Below, piece by piece: positions 37,883-46,767 of a stretch of DNA of 64,000 nucleotides; the first letter of the stretch is position 1, and each line of letters starts with the position of its first letter. Origin of the DNA: an uncultured Candidatus Saccharibacteria bacterium. Its GTDB lineage: Bacteria; Patescibacteriota; Saccharimonadia; Saccharimonadales; Saccharimonadaceae. Position numbers and translations under genes: made by a program. The notes beneath the pieces were generated by a model. The model saw only the letters and a list, made by a program, of their open reading frames with translations. It was not told the origin of the DNA and made no database searches. The DNA is taken from the NCBI GenBank assembly GCA_963551735.1, contig CAUVHH010000001.1, forward strand, positions 211,381-275,380, read 5' to 3'.

Positions 37883-37970
37883 TGGTGCACTGAAGAAGAC
37901 TTGAACTTCCACGGCCGCAATGGCCACTAGCCCCTCAAGCTAGCGCGTCTACCAATTCCGCCACCAGTGC
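37883..37970 (-). tRNA. tRNA-Leu (anticodon GAG), long variable arm, CCA encoded
   Basis: Reverse complement: GCACTGGTGGCGGAATTGGTAGACGCGCTAGCTTGAGGGGCTAGTGGCCATTGCGGCCGTGGAAGTTCAAGTCTTCTTCAGTGCACCA. Confidence 0.95.
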
Positions 37971-38008
37971 ATAGTGCTTTAATTGGCGTGATTACAATTA
38001 TACTAACC

Positions 38009-39787
38009 TCACGGCGTTTTGTAAACAGAAGCCTTACCCGTAGACCACGTCGTTACGTCAGCGTAGCGATCGTTCATGGTGTTTAGAGAACCGCGCGGCT
38101 CAACAATCGACGCGCCATTGTTCAAAACGTAGCTGCCGACAGATTGATACAAACCAATTGCTGGCGCATCGTTCAGCCATTGATTAACAAACTGAATATA
38201 CTTAGCTGCCCGCAGAGCTGAATTAGTGCGCGAACGCCCGCCAACCAGATCGTTGTCAACTGTTCGATTAGAATAATTAGCAAAATTGTAACCAGAAGCG
38301 CTAGCCTGCGACGAATGCCAGTAGGCAAAAACGTCTGGATCAGCGCCAAGCTCCAATTCATACAACAAAGCATCGTAGTCACGCGGCTGCAACACGCTTT
38401 GTACGAAGCTAGTAGTTGTCGAGTTGGTATCGATTTCGCGCAGCTGGACATCAACGCCAAGCTTCGACCACTGCTGTTTAAGCGCATCAACTATTTTCTT
38501 GTATTCATCGCGCCCAGACGAAGTTGTCACAGCAACCGCCAGCGGCCGGCCGTCCTTGCCTTTCCATTGGCCTTGGTTATAAGTCCAGCCCGCTTCTTTG
38601 AGCAGCGCTTTGGCCTTATCTAAATTATAATCTGGCGCTGCCGGCAGTTTTTGCGCAATCTGACTTTGCAAAATCGGCGTATCTAGCCGCGCCACATTGT
38701 CGCCGACAGTTGCGCGGATTGATGAAGTATCAGTAGCGTAGCGTAAAGCCCGGCGAACTCTAGCATCTTGAAGTGTTTGACTGCGATTATTCATCAAAAG
38801 ATAGACGCCTTTGTTGAGAAGCCAATGTTTAGTCGAGTACTGTTTAGATTTAATGTTATCAGCAGCCGACAAAGACAAACCCGAGGCTGCCGAAACTTCG
38901 CCGCTATTTACAGCCTTAACTAACAGCGATTCATTACCGTAAGCTCGCAGCTCCAGGCGCGACAAAGTCGAAACTGCTCCGTAATATTTAGTATTCGGTT
39001 CCATCCGCACCACGTCGGTAGAGCTAGTTGACTCGCTAGTTTGAACTCGTTTAACCGCAAATGGTCCGCTGCCGACCGGGTTGCTGCTAAAATCAGCTTC
39101 GCGCATTGACGACGGACTAACAGTTTGCAAAATATGCTTAGGTATTACCGGAAAAGTCAAGGCATGCGAAAACCCGGCATACACCGCTGGCAGCATAAAC
39201 TCTACCGTTGAATCGTCAATTGCCCGCGCCGAAATATCTAGCCAATTAACTCGCAAAGGCGAACGCACTTGCGGGTTTTTGATCAGATTAATCGTATATA
39301 CAACATCCTCGGCGGTCAACTTTTTACCATCGTGCCAGACGGCATTGCGCAGCTTGATTGTATAGACTTTGTCATCTTTTACCGTCATTGATTCGGCCAA
39401 GTCAGTATGCAACGCTCCGGTAACATCGTAATTATACAGAGACGAAAATAACAGCCGTGATACCGCCTGTTCAGGCTCGCTAGCCGCTAGCAAAGGATTA
39501 AGCGTGCTAATATTGCCAATCACTCCCTCGACATACACGCCGCCAGATTTAGCGCCATCCTTCTTGCTGCCTTGCGAATTCCAGGAATACTGAATACCCA
39601 AGCCAGCTATCAACAAGGCTATAGCAGCCAGCCAAATCATAATTTCGGTCATCACTAAGCGGACATTTTCAATACGCCGCAAAATAAAGCGGCTAGCATG
39701 GCGCTGCGTGGCGCCTTCGGCATGCTTGACTCTCAGCGCTAGCCGCTTGTAGCCCAGCCTCAGTTTGCCCTTACTTGCTTTACTCAT
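38009..39787 (-). CDS. ABC-type solute-binding protein, family 5 (peptide/nickel type), TM-anchored; no cognate permease or ATPase in the window
   Basis: 592 aa with an N-terminal TM helix. GNISTLNPLLA...LFSSLY...YTIKLRNAVWHDGKKLTAEDVVYT is typical of SBP_bac_5. Confidence 0.85.
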   Translation of the reverse strand: MSKASKGKLRLGYKRLALRVKHAEGATQRHASRFILRRIENVRLVMTEIMIWLAAIALLIAGLGIQYSWNSQGSKKDGAKSGGVYVEGVIGNISTLNPLLAASEPEQAVSRLLFSSLYNYDVTGALHTDLAESMTVKDDKVYTIKLRNAVWHDGKKLTAEDVVYTINLIKNPQVRSPLRVNWLDISARAIDDSTVEFMLPAVYAGFSHALTFPVIPKHILQTVSPSSMREADFSSNPVGSGPFAVKRVQTSESTSSTDVVRMEPNTKYYGAVSTLSRLELRAYGNESLLVKAVNSGEVSAASGLSLSAADNIKSKQYSTKHWLLNKGVYLLMNNRSQTLQDARVRRALRYATDTSSIRATVGDNVARLDTPILQSQIAQKLPAAPDYNLDKAKALLKEAGWTYNQGQWKGKDGRPLAVAVTTSSGRDEYKKIVDALKQQWSKLGVDVQLREIDTNSTTTSFVQSVLQPRDYDALLYELELGADPDVFAYWHSSQASASGYNFANYSNRTVDNDLVGGRSRTNSALRAAKYIQFVNQWLNDAPAIGLYQSVGSYVLNNGASIVEPRGSLNTMNDRYADVTTWSTGKASVYKTP

Positions 39788-39808
39788 TTATATCCACCCT
39801 TGATTTAT

Positions 39809-40039
39809 CTATAAGTTCGGCAAAACCAACAGTGCCACAATCGACATCACAAACGCTACAGCCAAGAAAATCGTCACTTCAAACAGGTTTTTATCGAGAC
39901 CGCGCCGCGTCGTATACAATTCGCCAGAACCGCCAAATCCAGCGCCCAGGCTAGCCCCGCGCTGCTGCAGCAGAACCGAAATTATCATCAGCACTGCCGA
40001 TACTACCATAATAATTTGCAAAGTTAGCGTTACGTCCAT
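39809..40039 (-). CDS. secG: Preprotein translocase subunit SecG
   Basis: The start is at MDVTLTLQII. It has two TM helices flanking the G-rich loop LLQQRGASLGAGFGGSG. Confidence 0.8.
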   Translation of the reverse strand: MDVTLTLQIIMVVSAVLMIISVLLQQRGASLGAGFGGSGELYTTRRGLDKNLFEVTIFLAVAFVMSIVALLVLPNL

Positions 40040-40040
40040 T

Positions 40041-40436
40041 TTATGATTTCTCCTCTCGTTCGTCGTGATAACTAAGCTCCAGAACACTACTTACTACATA
40101 GTTTACCAAACTTAATATCAAGCCTGCAAAAATCGAATTCAAGAACGTCATTTGCAAGCCTGGCGCCAGCATCAATGATAGCCAAACCAAAAAACCGTTA
40201 ACAACTATCGTGAAAAAGCCAAGCGTTACCAAAATCATCGGCAACGACAAAATCATCACAATCGGCTTAAGCGTCGCGTTGATAATTGAAAAAATCAGCC
40301 CGGCGCCGAAAAAGGCCACCAAACTAGAATCGATTTGAGCATTGCTATAACCCGTACCAAAAATCCGCACCGCTACCCAAATCCCCAGCGAGTTCAGTAT
40401 CCACCGGAGAATAAAAGCTATAAATTGTTTACTCAT
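40041..40436 (-). CDS. DUF360 / phage-holin-4_2 family membrane protein
   Basis: The start is at MSKQFIAFILRW. The sequence LNSLGIWVAVRIF...ATLKPIVMILSLPMILVTLGFFTIVVNG is characteristic of this family. Confidence 0.7.
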   Translation of the reverse strand: MSKQFIAFILRWILNSLGIWVAVRIFGTGYSNAQIDSSLVAFFGAGLIFSIINATLKPIVMILSLPMILVTLGFFTIVVNGFLVWLSLMLAPGLQMTFLNSIFAGLILSLVNYVVSSVLELSYHDEREEKS

Positions 40437-40468
40437 ACTGCTACAGTATACCGCATCAGCCGTATTTT

Positions 40469-42049
40469 TCATAGTTGCGGCATATCGCCGCCCTGGTAGC
40501 AAAAAGCCTCATAGACGCGAGTTCCTAGCGCTTGCCCGATAGCATCGCAAATTTCCGTTTGGCTAGCTCGCCTAACTGCCCGCATACTGCCAAAGCGCCG
40601 CAGTAATTTGCGCCGCGTCGCCGAACCAACACCAGGAATATCGTCAAGTTCGCTCTTCGTAGCGCCTTTGCGTTTAAGTGTTGTATGATAGCTGACAGCA
40701 AAACGGTGCGCCTCGTCACGAATACGTTGAAATAGCTTTACGACATCATCATATTCACTCATAGTATCGCTACCGCGCAGATTCCGCGAGTGCGAACCAG
40801 CATTTTGCTGCCCAGCATGCAAATTAATTAAGTAAAAATCACCAGAATCCAGCACGCTAATACCGAGGCGCGGCTCTTTCATCAACTGGCCAAGCAGCGC
40901 GTCATCGTCATTAATATGCGAACGATTCTTAGCGACAACGATTTCTTCTTCGCGCTTCGCTATGCCAATTACCGGCACCGTAACGTCTAGCCTGTCTAAT
41001 TCGTCGAGTACCGCACCAAGCTGCCCTTTACCGCCATCAATCAACAACAAATCCGGCATCCCCCAATCTTTACGATTTTTCTCGCTAAAGCGCCGCCTGA
41101 TAGTCTCGCGCATATTAGCAGTGTCGTCGTTACGCTGCACGTGCATCTTGAACTTACGATAATGTGTCCGGTCGCTCGCGCCATTGGTGAAGACTACCAT
41201 GCTGGCTACAACGTTGGTGCCGCTCATATGTGAGATATCATAGCCCTCAATCCTCGCTGGCGGCGCTGGCAAACTCAATAGCTCGGCTAACTGCGATAGT
41301 GCCCGATCTTTCGAAATATTAATGAACTCGCGATCGCCGAACATAATTCGCCGCTGCAGCTCGCGCAAATAGGTCAATTTATTGCGAAGCTGCGCGGCTG
41401 TCTCGAATTCTTGGTTGCGCGCTGCTCGCTTCATGTCACGTTCAATTTCTTGCGCGATTTTGACGCGCCCGCCCTCAATATATTTGATCAGCTTACGCAA
41501 AGATTTCTTGTACTCGTGGCTGGTCATATCAAGGCTGGGCGCCAAACCGATTTGCTCTTCTAAATTAGCGTGTTCGCGCTTGGGCGGCTTGATATAATAA
41601 GGAAAAATTTTGCGCAAATAACGCAGCGCTTTCTTGACTGGCAAGCCACTATAAAAAGGACCAATGTAAGTCGCACCGTCATCAGCAGGACTGCGCGTAA
41701 AAGTCACCGTCGGCCATTCGCTTTTCATATCAATTCGTACAAAAGTTTGCGATTTATCATCGCGCAGCAGAATATTATAGCGCGGCATATAACGCTTGAT
41801 CATCTCGCTTTCTAGAAATAGCGCGTCAATCTCGCTCTCGGTTTCGATCCAATCGGTATCATAAATTTCGGCGACCAGCGCCCGAGTTTTGGCATCAAAA
41901 TCTTTGCCGCTCTGAAAATACTGCCGCACACGGTTTTTTAACACCGCTGCTTTGCCGATATAGATAATCTCGCCACTCGCCGACTTATGAAAATAAACAC
42001 CGGGGCTGCGCGGTAGAGTTTTGAGCTTTTGCTGTAACTGCTTATTCAC
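40469..42049 (-). CDS. uvrC: Excinuclease ABC subunit C
   Basis: It has a GIY-YIG N-terminus (PGVYFHKSASGEIIYIGKA), a UVR motif (FETAAQLRNKLTYL) and a C-terminal HhH (IPGVGSATRRKLLRRFGS). Confidence 0.92.
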   Translation of the reverse strand: MNKQLQQKLKTLPRSPGVYFHKSASGEIIYIGKAAVLKNRVRQYFQSGKDFDAKTRALVAEIYDTDWIETESEIDALFLESEMIKRYMPRYNILLRDDKSQTFVRIDMKSEWPTVTFTRSPADDGATYIGPFYSGLPVKKALRYLRKIFPYYIKPPKREHANLEEQIGLAPSLDMTSHEYKKSLRKLIKYIEGGRVKIAQEIERDMKRAARNQEFETAAQLRNKLTYLRELQRRIMFGDREFINISKDRALSQLAELLSLPAPPARIEGYDISHMSGTNVVASMVVFTNGASDRTHYRKFKMHVQRNDDTANMRETIRRRFSEKNRKDWGMPDLLLIDGGKGQLGAVLDELDRLDVTVPVIGIAKREEEIVVAKNRSHINDDDALLGQLMKEPRLGISVLDSGDFYLINLHAGQQNAGSHSRNLRGSDTMSEYDDVVKLFQRIRDEAHRFAVSYHTTLKRKGATKSELDDIPGVGSATRRKLLRRFGSMRAVRRASQTEICDAIGQALGTRVYEAFCYQGGDMPQL

Positions 42050-42111
42050 AAGTACTATTATATCTTATATCAAGTAATCAAACTGCGAATAATGTCAGTC
42101 AGCCCCTCTCT

Positions 42112-42625
42112 TCAATAATTATTTTTGTTACGAAATATTGTTTCAAACAACTCAGGAAAAGTATCGTCGGCCATACCGCCACGAAACAGCTCGTCATATG
42201 GAACTTCGGGATTAAACTTATCGCCAAAAGCCGGCGCAACAAGATAAACGTCGCCTGCACAAATTTGCGGGTTCTCACTCATCCATTGAATTAGAAAAAC
42301 CCGCCACAACTATGACCAACCAATATGGTTTCTGAATTACATCATATTTTTCAAAAGTCTGTCGCCACAACGAGTAATCTAGTCGCCACGATTCAGGCAT
42401 CTCGGGCGTCTGAGTGTCAATACCGCAAATTAGCAGCTACTGTTGCAGCCATGGAAGCCAAATTGAATTGCTGGCGCTTGGCAAATTCGGATATTCACTC
42501 CATCCAAGCGGCGAGAACAAGCACCTCGCACCCCTCTCGCAACAGCAAGCCTGCCCAATTGGTCGTAGACGCCGGCTTAAAAATTTTGAGTACCAGCTTT
42601 CCAGACAGAGAGTTGAAATAAACAA
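42112..42625 (-). pseudogene. Decayed alpha/beta serine hydrolase gene (YdeN/RBBP9-like)
   Basis: The pieces lie in three frames. First is ...LFSPLGWSEYPN...IWLPWLQQ-stop-LLICGIDTQTPEMPES...FEKYDVIQ. Second is TILVGHSCGGFF-stop, which holds the G-H-S-x-G nucleophile elbow. Third is VFLIQWMSENPQICAGDVYLVAPAFGD... The frame changes coincide with the A3 and T5 runs. Confidence 0.6.
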
Positions 42626-42645
42626 GAAAGTACTTCAGCTACCTA

Positions 42646-43359
42646 TCAACGGCGTAAGTATTCTTCCAAAAATTCGCTCCACTCCGGCGCATTCTTCTCG
42701 CGGAAATAATGGTGCAAGAAATCAACCATAATTTGCTGGCGGCTTTCTGCTTCCGTCTTCCCTGGCTCGGTCAGCATCAAGCCTTTCAGTTTCAGCAGCT
42801 TTTCAAAGAAGTGATTGATAAAGCCGTCGGTATCATGAGTATTGCCATCAGCATTATATTCGTGCGCCGCCAGATTAACATTCGGCCAAACTGCGGGATC
42901 AAAAATCCGCCCGCCGTGATAGCAAGCATAGACTAGCGCCCGTTCAATACCGACCGCGCCGATAGCGTCGCACATATCAGCGTCGGACACCAGCTGTCCC
43001 GCCAGGCGCTGCGGCTGCTTGCCGTTCAGGCGTTTGCTATAACCAATCGCCGCAATATTTTCTAACACCGCCCGGCTTAAGCCATCGGACACTTCTGCCT
43101 GCGCCATAATATTTACTGCGTTCGTCAATTTCTCTGCCTGCGCCTTACCGACTAGTTTGTAGTCATCTACATCATGCAGCCAAGCCGTCAACAGCACTTC
43201 TTGCAAATCCACCAGTTCGCTGCATTCGCTAGCAAAACGCTCCGCCAGCAGCGCCACTCGCTCGACATGATCATCGGCGTGTCCTGAGGTATCGCCGCCT
43301 AGCAATTCACGGACCAATAGTTTAACTTTATTAAGTTCAGGAGTTTGCTTATTATTCAT
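42646..43359 (-). CDS. HD-domain metal-dependent phosphohydrolase
   Basis: The H...HD...D motif set is present: GHADDHVERV, AWLHDVDDYK, SDADMCDAIGA. Confidence 0.8.
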   Translation of the reverse strand: MNNKQTPELNKVKLLVRELLGGDTSGHADDHVERVALLAERFASECSELVDLQEVLLTAWLHDVDDYKLVGKAQAEKLTNAVNIMAQAEVSDGLSRAVLENIAAIGYSKRLNGKQPQRLAGQLVSDADMCDAIGAVGIERALVYACYHGGRIFDPAVWPNVNLAAHEYNADGNTHDTDGFINHFFEKLLKLKGLMLTEPGKTEAESRQQIMVDFLHHYFREKNAPEWSEFLEEYLRR

Positions 43360-43404
43360 AGCATTTATTATATCTCATTGCCGCCACTAGCACATTAGCT
43401 GCCC

Positions 43405-43433
43405 TTGTATTTCTATAGTATTTATGCTATAAT
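43405..43433 (+). promoter_or_regulatory. Promoter TTGTAT - 17 nt - TATAAT ending 8 nt before the GNAT start codon (leaderless candidate)
   Basis: Hexamers are at 43405-43410 and 43428-43433. The ATG is at 43442 and no SD sequence lies between. Confidence 0.45.
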
Positions 43434-43441
43434 ATAAAGAT

Positions 43442-44071
43442 ATGGCTGAAGTAATCACCACCGCCCCAAAGTCAGAAGAAGCGGAAATTAAACTGTTAAT
43501 TATGCCGCTAGGTGAGCTAACTTCGCACTTAGGCGACAATGAGGCGTCCACTGCTATAAAAGCGATTGCTAATTTCGTCAACCGCCGCAGCCCAGGCGAT
43601 AAACAGATGTTATCTGTATCTAATGCAGATATCGCTGGTAAATATACTGATATTGTAGCCTTGCGGCTGCCTGAAACCGAAGACGTTATAGACGCTAACT
43701 TTATCACAAACAATGTAGTCGGGTACGTTGGAGCGATGGAACCAATCAAGCACGGCGCCCGTCTAATGTCTGAAGTCGGCTCGCTCAAAGTCGACGATAG
43801 CCTGCGCGGCCACGGTGTCGGAACTATATTATTTAAAAGAATTATTAAGGCAATGCAAGACGAAGGAATTACGCCTTATGCATTTTGCAATTCAGACAGC
43901 TTGCCTATAGCCAAACGGCTTGGCGGGCGCGAGATAGAGTCAGCAGACGAAGTGCCCCGAGAGGCATTGGAGCTATGCCAAGACTGCCCTCTCTACGGCA
44001 GAACAGGTGGCAAAAAATACAGATGTTGTGATACTGTAGTGGTATGGGACACGCCGACCGAAACCAACTAG
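43442..44071 (+). CDS. GNAT-family N-acetyltransferase with Cys-rich C-terminal tail
   Basis: The acetyl-CoA binding motif is LKVDDSLRGHGVGTILFKRII. The C-terminus is CQDCPLYGRTGGKKYRCCD. Confidence 0.7.
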   Translation: MAEVITTAPKSEEAEIKLLIMPLGELTSHLGDNEASTAIKAIANFVNRRSPGDKQMLSVSNADIAGKYTDIVALRLPETEDVIDANFITNNVVGYVGAMEPIKHGARLMSEVGSLKVDDSLRGHGVGTILFKRIIKAMQDEGITPYAFCNSDSLPIAKRLGGREIESADEVPREALELCQDCPLYGRTGGKKYRCCDTVVVWDTPTETN

Positions 44072-45174
44072 ATCTAGTTGAATTAGCTAAGCAGCTCATT
44101 GCCATACCGTCAGTATCGGGCAACGAGGCAGAAGCTTTAGATTTCGTTGCATCGTGGATGCGATCAGCTAATTTTGACAAAGTCATTACTGATGAGCGCT
44201 TTACCGCCGGGTTAATCCGTGCCAAAAAGCAGATAACAAAGCGCGCGCTCATTTTATGCGGGCATGTTGATACGGTTTCTCCTGGCGATGAGTCGGCTTG
44301 GCAGCAGAGTCCGTGGCAACCATACGTTACTGACGGTCGGCTGTATGGTCTGGGCGCCACTGACATGAAAGCTGGCGTCGCTCTACAAATGATAGCCACC
44401 GCCGAATACGCAAACAAACGGCGTGACGATCTTGACGTGTGGTGCGTCGCCGTTGCTAGCGAAGAGGTTGATGGTGCTGGGTCGGCTGATTTTGCGAAGT
44501 ATTTTTCAAAAAAGACACAGTACGAAGAAGTTAGCTGCGCCATCGCCGAACCGACGGATAATCGAATTGAAATCGGACATCGCGGCAATAAGTTTGTTGA
44601 ATTTATCTTTGAGCGCACATCAAGCCACGCCTCGCAAGAGAGCGCTTATTACGATAGTTCGCTGCCAGCCGTGGTGTCGTTCCTAAATGATTTACCAGAG
44701 ATTCGCGAACAGCTTCATGCCGCCTATAGCCACGATATTTTGGGCGCTCCTAGCTTCACGCCAACGCGCATTGAACCTGCAGGGTCATACTCTAACAACA
44801 AAACAGCTGGCGCCAGCTCTGTCATTGTCGATATCCGTACCACGCCGCTCTTGGACGCAGACTTTGAAAATTGGGTTGACGAGATAGCTGCTCGCTACGA
44901 TTGCACATGGCGGCATCCCGCTACGCCTGTGCCGTCTGCTTTGTGCGATACGAACGCCAAAATCTTGAAAACCATGCAGCGCCTACTACCAGAAGCTGAG
45001 ACAGCAGTCAGCTACGGCGGCACCGATCAAGCGTTCTTCCAGGCCATTGGCGCAGAGACGGTCATCTACGGCCCTGGCGATTTCGACCAAGCACACACCG
45101 TAAACGAATCGGTATCAGTAGCAAGAATTAGACAGACACATGGCATTTACCAACAACTCATTCAGTCAACATAG
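44044..45174 (+). CDS. M20-family metallopeptidase (ArgE/DapE-type deacylase)
   Basis: LIAIPSVSGNEAEALDFV, CGHVDTVSPGD, YGLGATDMKAG and SEEVDGAGS match the metal-ligand motifs of the M20 family. Confidence 0.85.
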   Translation: MGHADRNQLDLVELAKQLIAIPSVSGNEAEALDFVASWMRSANFDKVITDERFTAGLIRAKKQITKRALILCGHVDTVSPGDESAWQQSPWQPYVTDGRLYGLGATDMKAGVALQMIATAEYANKRRDDLDVWCVAVASEEVDGAGSADFAKYFSKKTQYEEVSCAIAEPTDNRIEIGHRGNKFVEFIFERTSSHASQESAYYDSSLPAVVSFLNDLPEIREQLHAAYSHDILGAPSFTPTRIEPAGSYSNNKTAGASSVIVDIRTTPLLDADFENWVDEIAARYDCTWRHPATPVPSALCDTNAKILKTMQRLLPEAETAVSYGGTDQAFFQAIGAETVIYGPGDFDQAHTVNESVSVARIRQTHGIYQQLIQST

Positions 45175-45276
45175 GTTTAGCGTATTGCGATTTGCTTGAC
45201 ATAGCAGGTTAAAAATTATTAACAGATAAACCTCGTGTTACAATATCTGTAAGCTTTGTTAAATTAAGGAGGTTTT

Positions 45277-45612
45277 ATGAAAACACCAAAATTACTATTG
45301 ATCATCGCTGGATCGCTTGCGGCTATTGCGGCAGTATTAATTGCTGTCAGCTGCATACCGCCGTCCGGACCAGAACCAGAATACGTTTGCGCCAAAAACG
45401 GCCAGCCAAGTTCCGGATTCAAAGACACTAAGAAAAATTGTCCGATAACTTCAGAAAGCTTGAAAGCTCATATGGCGTGGGAAGAAGGTCCATTCGGCAG
45501 AGGCAAATATATTATGCGCCAAATCGCCGTCGTATCAATACTTGGCGCGATTGGCTGTGCTGTTGCTTCGCCAATTGTAAAGTCAAAGCAGAACAAAAAG
45601 TCAGAAAAGTAA
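45277..45612 (+). CDS. Hypothetical small membrane protein (N- and C-terminal TM helices)
   Basis: 111-aa ORF. AAGGAGG lies 6 nt upstream of the ATG. Confidence 0.5.
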   Translation: MKTPKLLLIIAGSLAAIAAVLIAVSCIPPSGPEPEYVCAKNGQPSSGFKDTKKNCPITSESLKAHMAWEEGPFGRGKYIMRQIAVVSILGAIGCAVASPIVKSKQNKKSEK

Positions 45613-45703
45613 AACTAACAAACTCATATAATATAACTAACTGAATCTGCCGTCTTTTTATGCAAGTAAAGTTACAAAAACACAGTGTAATTTTACGGAA
45701 AAT

Positions 45704-45732
45704 TTGACTTTTTGTCCTAATATTGATATAAT
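45704..45732 (+). promoter_or_regulatory. Consensus-grade promoter TTGACT - 17 nt - TATAAT
   Basis: Hexamers are at 45704-45709 and 45727-45732 with an exact 17-nt spacer. Confidence 0.6.
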
Positions 45733-45738
45733 TTATAT

Positions 45739-45817
45739 TGACTTTTCGCTCAAAGTTCTCAAGGGGCGAAGAGTCGCCCTTTGTTTTGAGCTCACCCTTT
45801 GAGAGGAGGTGAAGAAA
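45739..45817 (+). promoter_or_regulatory. Structured ~78-nt leader with a terminator-like hairpin and an alternative pairing next to the SD
   Basis: GGGCGA-AGAG-TCGCCC (45764-45779) is followed by TTTGTTTT. GCTCAAAG (45748-45755) can pair either with TTTGAGC (45785-45791) or with CTTTGAG (45797-45803), which abuts the SD AGGAGG (45804-45809). Confidence 0.4.
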
Positions 45818-46015
45818 ATGAACGGCCAGGTAGCTGCCGAGAGCTATCTCGGCTCCGTGCCTACCATGGTTTCTATGGTGGTGGTTGCGGTGCTTCACCA
45901 TATCGGAGTATCCGATATGGCATGCGCCGCAGTTGCGGCTGCCATTATCATCCCTGGTACTACAGCTCTCGTTCTGTTGATGCGTCACTGGCGCAAGCAG
46001 GACAGAGAGAAGTAG
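45818..46015 (+). CDS. 65-aa two-TM peptide with highly charged C-terminus
   Basis: The start is at ATG 45818, 8 nt after GGAGG. Sequence: MNGQVAAESYLGSVPTMVSMVVVAVLHHIGVSDMACAAVAAAIIIPGTTALVLLMRHWRKQDREK. Confidence 0.55.
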   Translation: MNGQVAAESYLGSVPTMVSMVVVAVLHHIGVSDMACAAVAAAIIIPGTTALVLLMRHWRKQDREK

Positions 46016-46151
46016 CAGAGGGGTCTATTGCCCGCTCGAAAATAGCTCGCTGAAAATTGTTCAATTCGGTTCGAGACGCACATTTTAGCGTCTGCTGGAT
46101 TGAAATCCAGTTTCCGGCTTGAGCACGTTTTCGGCGGGCTATTTTCTTTTT

Positions 46152-46763
46152 TTACAAAAACCGCCGCCCTTCCAGCGCGTGCCCGAGGGTAATTTGATCG
46201 GCATACTCTAGATCGACGCCCACAGGAATGCCGCGAGCTAAACGCGAGACCTTGGTAGCTAGGTGCGATTCCTTGATTTGGCGCTGGATGAATAGTGCGG
46301 TTGATTCGCCCTCGACGCTAGCGTTGGTAGCGATAATAACCTCCTCGACGTTATCATCGCGCAATCGCTGCAATAGCTCGGGTATATGAAGCTGCTCTGG
46401 ACCGACGCCGTCAATCGGCGAAATCGTTCCGCCCAATACGTGATAAGTGCCATGAAATTGCCCGGTGCGTTCTAATGCCACTATATCTAGCGGTTCTTCG
46501 ACAACAGCAACCAGCTGGCGATTGCGTTTCGGATCGCTATATAAGGGCGAGACTTCCTGGTCAGCGTCAATTAGCGCGAAAGTTTTCGGGCAACTTTTGA
46601 CCTGCGCGTGCAGCTGCCGCAAAGCATTCGCTAGCGCTTCGGTGGTTCGAGAATCGTTTTTTAGCAAGAAATAAGCATAGCGCTCGGCCGTTCGTGGCCC
46701 AACGCCTGGCAAATGACCCAGCTCTTCAATAACACGCTCGAGCGCACTCGGCAATAGTGTCAT
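46152..46763 (-). CDS. recR: Recombination protein RecR
   Basis: It has the HhH LPGVGPRTAERYAY, a zinc-finger-equivalent region and the Toprim motif (IIATNASVEGESTALF). Confidence 0.95.
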   Translation of the reverse strand: MTLLPSALERVIEELGHLPGVGPRTAERYAYFLLKNDSRTTEALANALRQLHAQVKSCPKTFALIDADQEVSPLYSDPKRNRQLVAVVEEPLDIVALERTGQFHGTYHVLGGTISPIDGVGPEQLHIPELLQRLRDDNVEEVIIATNASVEGESTALFIQRQIKESHLATKVSRLARGIPVGVDLEYADQITLGHALEGRRFL

Positions 46764-46767
46764 TAGT

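Noticed and set aside
43905-44618. 237-aa minus-strand ORF overlapping the GNAT and M20 genes
   Set aside because: It is antisense to two genes with clear family motifs. Its composition is Ser/Ala/Arg-rich, as is typical of GC-skewed antisense frames.
45512-45988. 158-aa minus-strand ORF
   Set aside because: It runs antisense across a promoter, a leader and the small two-TM peptide gene. It has no RBS and an implausible composition.
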